The translations under genes and the position numbers were made by a program. The notes beneath the pieces are model-generated. The model saw only the letters and a program-made list of their open reading frames with translations. It did not search any database and was not told the DNA's origin. From a virus (Duplodnaviria > Caudoviricetes), in the IMG/VR virus record IMGVR_UViG_3300032116_008921, positions 1-28,878 of that record: a stretch of 28,878 bases of DNA; one strand, written 5' to 3'. This document shows positions 9,393-14,992 of this stretch, one piece after another. Positions within the stretch are counted from its first letter, which is position 1. The number at the start of each line of letters is the position of its first letter.

Positions 9393-9430
9393 AAGCGCCC
9401 GCTTCGGGACTGGAACCTAGGCGAGCGCTT
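9393..9430. terminator. Hairpin at the convergence of the + and - operons
   Basis: Imperfect stem AAGCGCCCGCTT...AGGCGAGCGCTT; weak U-tracts. Confidence 0.5.
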
Positions 9431-9446
9431 CGTACCATAGCCTACT

Positions 9447-9788
9447 TCATATCCTTGGCTTGGGCAAATTAATCTCATGTACTACCCAACCTTTTATTTT
9501 CCTGATAGTGCTTCGTGTTCTAGCAGTAGTGCCACCCCAAGTTCCGTACCTTTCGTGAGCCAACCCCCACTCTAAGCACGCTTCTCTAATCGGGCATGCA
9601 CTACATAGTTTTTGTATGATGTATTGAGGGTTATCTTTTTCCTCAACAGGGAAGAATAGTTCTGTGTTGATACCTACACATGCTGCTTGTTTAAACAGTT
9701 CATGGTCATAGCGCAACACATAAGTCGCCGTTCCATTTTCATAAACCTTTTCGTTTATTACTTTATGAAACTTTGGTCGGGTTAACAT
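9447..9788 (-). CDS. whiB: WhiB-family Fe-S transcription regulator
   Basis: AAC...LFFP...CSACPIREAC...GTWGG; four Cys plus the G[VIT]WGG turn. The start is likely 9788. Confidence 0.92.
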   Translation of the reverse strand: MLTRPKFHKVINEKVYENGTATYVLRYDHELFKQAACVGINTELFFPVEEKDNPQYIIQKLCSACPIREACLEWGLAHERYGTWGGTTARTRSTIRKIKGWVVHEINLPKPRI

Positions 9789-9945
9789 ATCCTGCTCCAA
9801 TCATATAATCTAATAAGGTTTTTAATATAACTTCACACTTAATTCCATCACGCAAGATTGCTGGTTTGCAATCCTCCACTGACCAAGTAAAGTGTTCGTC
9901 AATTAAATGAAAAGTTAATTCACGGATAAGTGCCTCATTAGCCAT
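9763..9945 (-). CDS. Hypothetical protein
   Basis: TGATG coupling to the upstream stop gives the start MANEAL. Confidence 0.55.
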   Translation of the reverse strand: MANEALIRELTFHLIDEHFTWSVEDCKPAILRDGIKCEVILKTLLDYMIGAGYVNPTKVS

Positions 9946-10388
9946 CAGTACCACCCCCTTCCAAGATTACTTCCAAGCGCCTTGCAGATATTGCCTCCGT
10001 ATTTTCTTTTTATGTAGGCAAGTCCAAGTTCAACTTGTTCAAAACCATCGCTTGTTTTCTTTGCATCTACAAGTGCCCATGTTGCTGGCATAAACTGAGC
10101 AATACCGTAGGCTCCCGATTTTTTGTTTAAACTTTTGGGATTCCAGTTTGACTCTCTTGTCCATAGTGTATACAGACATGTCCATTCCTCTAGTTTATTC
10201 ATTTGTGTAAGCAAATCTATTGCGTGCTTTTGATATTCATTCTCGTAGAAAACAACCACAGTGCCAGCAATATTCTCACCCTTTGGTAATGGTGCCACTG
10301 GCACATAAGATTTATCAAAAAACTTATCGTCAATCGCCACGCTTAAAGTAATAACAATAAACATGGCGATTAACTTTCTTAACTTCAT
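9945..10388 (-). CDS. Lytic transglycosylase (SLT-like) with N-terminal signal/anchor
   Basis: Catalytic RESNWN, SGAYGIAQF and YIKRKYG motifs; hydrophobic N-terminus. Confidence 0.85.
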   Translation of the reverse strand: MKLRKLIAMFIVITLSVAIDDKFFDKSYVPVAPLPKGENIAGTVVVFYENEYQKHAIDLLTQMNKLEEWTCLYTLWTRESNWNPKSLNKKSGAYGIAQFMPATWALVDAKKTSDGFEQVELGLAYIKRKYGGNICKALGSNLGRGWY

Positions 10389-10750
10389 GACACAGCCTCT
10401 TGCTTGGCGCTGATGTTTTTAATTAGCGTAGATAAATATTCAGGTATGTCGGTATCATTACCTTCATCATTTGATTTACCTACAATAACTACATTGCCTG
10501 TTAAGTAAGGTGTATTACCAAACAGAAAAGAGATTGCACTGGCTAGTGGATTCAAAGGTAGGTGCTTTGGTAAACCTTCATCATCCACATAAGCACACGC
10601 TACCTCTAATCCATTGTAGTCATAGAGTCTGACCGCCTCGATGTATCCATCGATTGCATCTTGGTAATCAGTTAATTGTTTAAACACTTTCTCTATGTGC
10701 GTACCATCAGGCTTGATTATTACGCCTTGCACTTCTTTAGAGTTTGTCAT
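10385..10750 (-). CDS. DUF3846-like protein
   Basis: Q..IDGYIEAV...YVDDEG...LPLNPLAS...LTGNVVIVG pattern. Confidence 0.7.
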   Translation of the reverse strand: MTNSKEVQGVIIKPDGTHIEKVFKQLTDYQDAIDGYIEAVRLYDYNGLEVACAYVDDEGLPKHLPLNPLASAISFLFGNTPYLTGNVVIVGKSNDEGNDTDIPEYLSTLIKNISAKQEAVS

Positions 10751-10752
10751 TT

Positions 10753-10971
10753 TTATACCTCCTTCCTCTCCATTTTTTCAATGAGATATTGGATGGAGAA
10801 ATCACTCATGTCAGGTTCACCGCATGCGTAATCGCAAACATCCTCCCACACTTCACGAGTAATTTTTCTTTGTAGATTTTCCTCTACATGTTCCTTTGTA
10901 TACCATGCGATGGCTAAGTCAGCCTCCAATGGCATGTTGTTTAGTTCCTCTAACACTTTTTTAACCTTCAC
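10753..10971 (-). CDS. Hypothetical protein
   Basis: GAAGGAG RBS; tightly packed within the operon. Confidence 0.6.
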   Translation of the reverse strand: MKVKKVLEELNNMPLEADLAIAWYTKEHVEENLQRKITREVWEDVCDYACGEPDMSDFSIQYLIEKMERKEV

Positions 10972-11128
10972 TACCTACTCCTTCCAGTTGGTTTTTAATT
11001 AGGTCGTTGATGGTTGGTTCCATTGCGTGCCTATGGTTGTATCGTGTGCAATCACCGCATACTTGGTACTTGGTGAAGGCAAGCATGAGGTCAGTATCTT
11101 TACCGCATTGCGTGCATGTACTGTTCAT
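10961..11128 (-). CDS. 55-aa zinc-finger micro-protein (not in ORF track)
   Basis: MNSTCTQCGK...VCGDCTRY; ATGA overlap with the upstream stop; fills the operon gap. Confidence 0.65.
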   Translation of the reverse strand: MNSTCTQCGKDTDLMLAFTKYQVCGDCTRYNHRHAMEPTINDLIKNQLEGVGSEG

Positions 11129-11328
11129 TGCTTTACACCTTTCAGTTCGGCAATAGTTTTTTCCAGTTGTTCAATCTTTTGGGCAGTGGTTAAGCGTGGC
11201 GTAATTCCATACTTTAACTTTGCCTCATTAAAGATTGTTTCGTATTCATCACGATGACTTGCAATAAGTTTTTGCACCGCTTCATACTTTGCAGTGGCAT
11301 ACTTCATTGATGACGCAGGTGATTTCAT
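11125..11328 (-). CDS. Hypothetical helical/coiled-coil protein
   Basis: GAAGGAG RBS; ATGA overlaps at both ends. Confidence 0.65.
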   Translation of the reverse strand: MKSPASSMKYATAKYEAVQKLIASHRDEYETIFNEAKLKYGITPRLTTAQKIEQLEKTIAELKGVKQ

Positions 11329-11570
11329 TGCTTTAACTCCTTCATCATGTTGTTAAGTTCAGCATAGGATAATTTATTGCTAAGCCATTTACAACCATCC
11401 TTGGTTGAATCATTTTCAAACCCTGCCACCTTGACCCAATCACGATAAGGCTTTGTGCCTTTATATGCGCTCATGAATAGGCGTGCTGATAGGTACAGTG
11501 CGTAGTCATTGTTAATCCACAGCGCACAGTTCCAAGTGTCGTAGTTTTTCCAACCTTCATAGGTGCTCAT
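11325..11570 (-). CDS. Conserved phage hypothetical protein
   Basis: YEGWKNYDTWNCALWINND N-terminal motif, which I recognise as recurrent in phage early regions. Confidence 0.7.
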   Translation of the reverse strand: MSTYEGWKNYDTWNCALWINNDYALYLSARLFMSAYKGTKPYRDWVKVAGFENDSTKDGCKWLSNKLSYAELNNMMKELKQ

Positions 11571-11572
11571 GT

Positions 11573-11749
11573 TTAAACACCTAACTCTTTGTCAACCACG
11601 GTTGATACTTGTTGACGCAAGTTGTTTACTCGTTCACGCAACCATGCGTTTTCTTTTTCTAGTTGCACATTCTTTCTAATGGCTAGAATCATCACGCCAG
11701 TAGAGCCAATCAACGCAATCGCTATTGCGATTAAGTCGGTTCCTAACAT
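11573..11749 (-). CDS. 58-aa membrane-anchored coiled-coil protein (not in ORF track)
   Basis: MLGTDLIAIAIALIGSTGVMILAIRKNVQLEKENAWLRERVNNLRQQ...; GGAGA RBS; first gene after the promoter. Confidence 0.7.
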   Translation of the reverse strand: MLGTDLIAIAIALIGSTGVMILAIRKNVQLEKENAWLRERVNNLRQQVSTVVDKELGV

Positions 11750-11794
11750 TTACTTTCTCCAATCAGTTTGTGTAGCAGTGTTGCTACAGTCCTA

Positions 11795-11822
11795 AGTTTA
11801 CGCTTAATTAGATTAATGTCAA
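11795..11822 (-). promoter_or_regulatory. Housekeeping-sigma promoter
   Basis: TTGACA-N16-TAAACT with an AT-rich upstream element. Confidence 0.75.
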
Positions 11823-11858
11823 TGATATTAGAAAAGATTTTTAAAAATAATTTAGTTA

Positions 11859-11976
11859 GTTGTTTAAACAATACACATCAGAAGACCAGACCCTGCGGCA
11901 AAAATTTATTTGTTGTTTAAACAGCAGGCTCCAGACCCCTGGAATTTGTCCCTGGTTTTGTTATGTTGTTTAAACA
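11859..11976. repeat. Three GTTGTTTAAACA repeats at exactly 53-bp period
   Basis: Copies start at 11859, 11912 and 11965; both spacers contain CCAGACCC(C)TG. Confidence 0.85.
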
Positions 11977-12009
11977 AAAAGAAAAACCCCCGCCGCAAGC
12001 GGGGGCTTT
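11976..12009 (-). terminator. Intrinsic terminator after the amidotransferase gene
   Basis: CCCCCGC-5 nt loop-GCGGGGG followed by TTTTTCTTTTT on the minus strand. Confidence 0.9.
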
Positions 12010-12021
12010 CTGTTTAAACGG

Positions 12022-12879
12022 TTAGAAGTTTAGGAACTCGTCATGCTTGTCCCACCACTTTGAATACTTGTCTGCCTTGTATTGGTTGTATCTGCCATAC
12101 CAATCCATATCGGTTTCCAATTCCTTGGTGCTTGTGTATGTGTCATACCATTTAAACACCTCACGCTTTGCAGGCTTGAATGTTTCGTGTCTAATGATGC
12201 GACCATCTTTGACTTGAAAGTACTCACCCTCCTGCGCCTCATGAATCCAATCAATATCACAATCGGTCATGATGCAGGCATTTTCTACGGTTTCCTTGGT
12301 GGAGCCATAAAATAAAGAGCCAGTGTTAGCCTGTGCAATCCATAGGGGAGATGAATTTAAACGGGCTAGATGTAGATGGCGTGGGTCATTTGCTGTAATC
12401 CAAGCCAGTGCAGCAGTGCCATACACCTCGGTTAATGCTTGCCAAGGTTTATCTTTTGAGAAGGCAATCAGTGCAGCAACTGCCTCGGAATCTACCTGCG
12501 CAACACGAGGCACACCTAACTGTTTAAACAACTCCCTGTCATTGCTGATGTGTCCGTTGTGTGTGAGCACAATCTTGCCTCGTGGAATTGGGTGGTTGTT
12601 GCCTTGCTCCTTTGGAGAGCCTTGGGTTGCGTATCTTGTATGCAAGATAGCAGTGGTTGCGCCAGCGCATAAGGTAGAGCCAGCGTTGGGCACAAATTTA
12701 CTGGCAGAGATAGGCGCTTTACGAATTACACGCCTACCAGTTTTTGGATTAATCCAAGCAACACCTGTGGCATCAGTGCCTCGGTGTTCAATATCGTAAA
12801 GCATTTGACCAGTAAGGTCAGCATTGCTTACGGTCTTGCTGTGTTTAGGGTTTAAACACCATCCCGCTATTCCGCACAT
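12022..12879 (-). CDS. Class II (Ntn) glutamine amidotransferase
   Basis: N-terminal MCGIAG (Cys nucleophile), HRGTDATG, HTRYATQG, NNHP, HNGHI and DSE motifs. Confidence 0.92.
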   Translation of the reverse strand: MCGIAGWCLNPKHSKTVSNADLTGQMLYDIEHRGTDATGVAWINPKTGRRVIRKAPISASKFVPNAGSTLCAGATTAILHTRYATQGSPKEQGNNHPIPRGKIVLTHNGHISNDRELFKQLGVPRVAQVDSEAVAALIAFSKDKPWQALTEVYGTAALAWITANDPRHLHLARLNSSPLWIAQANTGSLFYGSTKETVENACIMTDCDIDWIHEAQEGEYFQVKDGRIIRHETFKPAKREVFKWYDTYTSTKELETDMDWYGRYNQYKADKYSKWWDKHDEFLNF

Positions 12880-12911
12880 ATTTTCTCCAGTCTGTAGTAG
12901 TTATGGCATGA

Positions 12912-12920
12912 ATTGTATCA
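12912..12920 (-). promoter_or_regulatory. Extended -10 promoter
   Basis: TGaTACAAT about 32 nt upstream of the amidotransferase ATG. Confidence 0.5.
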
Positions 12921-12930
12921 CACCAAGATT

Positions 12931-13014
12931 TTAGTACTCGCATCCCTTGCAATCAGGTCGCAAGCAATCACCGCAAATTACTCTATCGTTTAAACAATCG
13001 CTATCTTTGGTCAT
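12931..13014 (-). CDS. 27-aa Cys-rich micro-protein (not in ORF track)
   Basis: MTKDSDCLNDRVICGDCLRPDCKGCEY; GGAGG RBS. Confidence 0.55.
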   Translation of the reverse strand: MTKDSDCLNDRVICGDCLRPDCKGCEY

Positions 13015-13123
13015 AGTTTCCTCCACTGATAAGCGCCTTGCGCACTGCCCAAATTGATAGCCCGATAAATAGAATTGCTTTTCCATCTATCCAAGTGAGC
13101 CACCAAGGTAGCAAGTTTTGCAT
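13001..13123 (-). CDS. 40-aa membrane micro-protein
   Basis: GAAAGGACTGGACT before the ATG at 13123 (MQNLLPWW...); one hydrophobic helix. Confidence 0.55.
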   Translation of the reverse strand: MQNLLPWWLTWIDGKAILFIGLSIWAVRKALISGGNYDQR

Positions 13124-13168
13124 AGTCCAGTCCTTTCGTTTAAACACTTTGAGAATTTCCCAAAGTGT

Positions 13169-13222
13169 TAGCGCCTGCCTTGGGGATTGCACCCAAGTTA
13201 AACCCACTAGGGGCAGGCTCCA
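13169..13222 (-). ncRNA. Putative tRNA-like structured element lacking an anticodon arm
   Basis: GCCUGC/GCAGGC stem stacked on a CUUGGG/CCCAAG stem with a 7-nt UGCAAUC loop; the connector contains UAGUGG. Confidence 0.5.
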
Positions 13223-13225
13223 CGC

Positions 13226-14008
13226 TTACCCCTTGAGGGTGCGTGCCCGATTCTTTAGCCAGTCAGCAGTCGAGGCGTTTAAACAACTGAAACTAACCAA
13301 GGTATCAAGCAGGGTGGCGCATGATTCGGCATCTCTTGAGCGAGGGTCTGCCCAAGGATTCAGCGCATCATTTAAATTTAGATTCACGCCTTGCTTACTG
13401 ATTTCAATAAGCCCTGCTATGAACTGGCTCCAAGCGATAGCCTTAACACCGTTTAAGGTGCCTTGGTGTAAACGCACCTCAACGGTGCCATGGCGGTCTA
13501 TTGATTCGAGATTAAGCGAAACATAGCGATTACCATTTGGGGAGCGTAATCCGCCATTATCAACATAACTGGCAACATCCTCCGCCTCATGCTGATTAAG
13601 CACTTTGCAGTATTGATTGCGAAGGCGAGAAGGTGCAACTAGTGCACCGATTGCATGGTGCATCGAGTAGTAATTCAGCACAAATTGAGAGAGTGCAGAA
13701 TTTGTAGCATTGCCAAAGGCTGAGATTCCAATATGGACATGAAACCCAGTAGCAGTATCAACTCGTGCTCCTGCTTTTTTGAGAATTTTGGCAACTGCCA
13801 CTGCTTCGTTTAAACGGCTTTCATTGAGGATTGGAGAAACTACCTCAGCACCATTTGAAACTGAGCCATCATAAACGGCTTTCCAATTTGGATTTAGATT
13901 GTGAGTACGGTCAGGCAAATCGCAAACAATTCCGCCCTCATTTAGTACTTGGTGTGCTTTGCGAACTGACACACCTTGCACCTCAAATTCCATTCCGAAG
14001 GTAGTCAT
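13226..14008 (-). CDS. Putative amidoligase (Amidoligase_2, glutamine synthetase-like COOH-NH2 ligase)
   Basis: FGMEFE, DGSV, EVVSP, GFHVH, RY..LN and TVEVR motifs. Confidence 0.88.
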   Translation of the reverse strand: MTTFGMEFEVQGVSVRKAHQVLNEGGIVCDLPDRTHNLNPNWKAVYDGSVSNGAEVVSPILNESRLNEAVAVAKILKKAGARVDTATGFHVHIGISAFGNATNSALSQFVLNYYSMHHAIGALVAPSRLRNQYCKVLNQHEAEDVASYVDNGGLRSPNGNRYVSLNLESIDRHGTVEVRLHQGTLNGVKAIAWSQFIAGLIEISKQGVNLNLNDALNPWADPRSRDAESCATLLDTLVSFSCLNASTADWLKNRARTLKG

Positions 14009-14181
14009 TAGCGATTACCTGCCTCAGTCATGGCTTGGCGACACCTTGGGCAAATTGGAGCGCCAAAGGTGATTATTGTGGAGCGTGAGATTCTTGCGAT
14101 GTAGTTATCGGTTAAGCAGATAACTTTGCGCAAACGGGTAGTTTGCTTTGCTTTTACAACATCTGCATTTGTAGCAGTCAT
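14008..14181 (-). CDS. 57-aa zinc-ribbon-like protein (not in ORF track)
   Basis: KQTTRLRKVIC..DNYIARISR...GAPICPRC; GAAAGG RBS; TAATG coupling to the amidoligase. Confidence 0.7.
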   Translation of the reverse strand: MTATNADVVKAKQTTRLRKVICLTDNYIARISRSTIITFGAPICPRCRQAMTEAGNR

Positions 14182-14229
14182 TGCATTTAACCTTTCCAGT
14201 CATATCGGCACCAGTTTGCCGATGGGAGA

Positions 14230-14258
14230 AAAGTACGGGATGTTTAAACAAAATTCAA
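14230..14258 (-). promoter_or_regulatory. Putative first early promoter
   Basis: TTGAAT-N17-TACTTT, with GTTTAAAC inside the spacer. Confidence 0.55.
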
Positions 14259-14279
14259 CAATCCTCAAAAAACCATTGA

Positions 14280-14630
14280 TTTATACTGCTTTTTTGCGTG
14301 TCTAAACACTTAAAGATTTAGCCATTGAGTGGGATTTAGCCAAGGGTAGTAATCGGGCGCTGATTTTATTACTCGCCAGTAATATCACAAAGTCAGTATT
14401 TTATACTGCTTTTAGCCATCGCAAATTGTTGCATGCGCTGAAACAATATTAAACAACTGCTTTTAGAGGCTACTGGTCAGTAGCATTTAGTGGATGCGTT
14501 TAAACATTTAGCGATTACTACATGGGGGCGGGCGCTATGGATAAAGCAGTCAGTGCCTCACCGCCTGCCAGTACTGCCTTTCCCTAGTTTTGTTTTGCTA
14601 AGTGCATGCAACTTTGTTTAAACACTTTGC
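14280..14630. repeat. Cluster of short direct and inverted repeats in the non-coding region
   Basis: TTTATACTGCTTTT at 14280 and 14400; GATTTAGCCA at 14315 and 14333; palindromes at 14367-14384 and 14469-14484. Confidence 0.7.
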
Positions 14631-14777
14631 AAGGTGCAGAGCGAGGTGCAAAATCTGCACCCCAGGGTTTTTAAAAATAGCCAGCATGTGTGTGTATGTA
14701 TCTACTTACATAACTTTGCTAGTCCTCGCCCCCCATAAATGTGGCTCTGACCTGCGGTTTTGCTTGATTTACTAATA

Positions 14778-14793
14778 TGTGGCGTAAATCACA
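14778..14793. promoter_or_regulatory. CRP-family-like box
   Basis: TGTGG-N6-TCACA, a 9/10 match to TGTGA-N6-TCACA, upstream of the late operon. Confidence 0.4.
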
Positions 14794-14992
14794 TGGACAG
14801 AAGTGTCCGCTAAGGACCTTCTGGACACCTATAGTATAAGTGAGGAGGCAAAATTATCGGAGCCTCCGAACAATAACTGCGACCCCAAAGGGTCGCCACT
14901 AGTATTAGCCCTAACCTTCGGGCTTCGTTTGGACTTCGCCCTTCGGTTAGGTTTTTAGCCCAAGGCTCCCTGCAGTCCGCCTTGGAGAACCT

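Noticed and set aside
11859-11976. CRISPR mini-array
   Set aside because: The repeat is only 12 bp, the spacers share sequence, the core recurs genome-wide, and there is no cas operon.
13001-13207. 68-aa ORF start given in the track
   Set aside because: The extension runs through the structured RNA and lacks an RBS; the ATG at 13123 is better supported.
13169-13222. Canonical tRNA gene
   Set aside because: Too short, with no anticodon arm and no CCA; kept only as a tRNA-like element.
12323-13526. Plus-strand ORFs 12323-12799 and 13038-13526
   Set aside because: Antisense shadows of the amidotransferase and amidoligase with no recognisable motifs.
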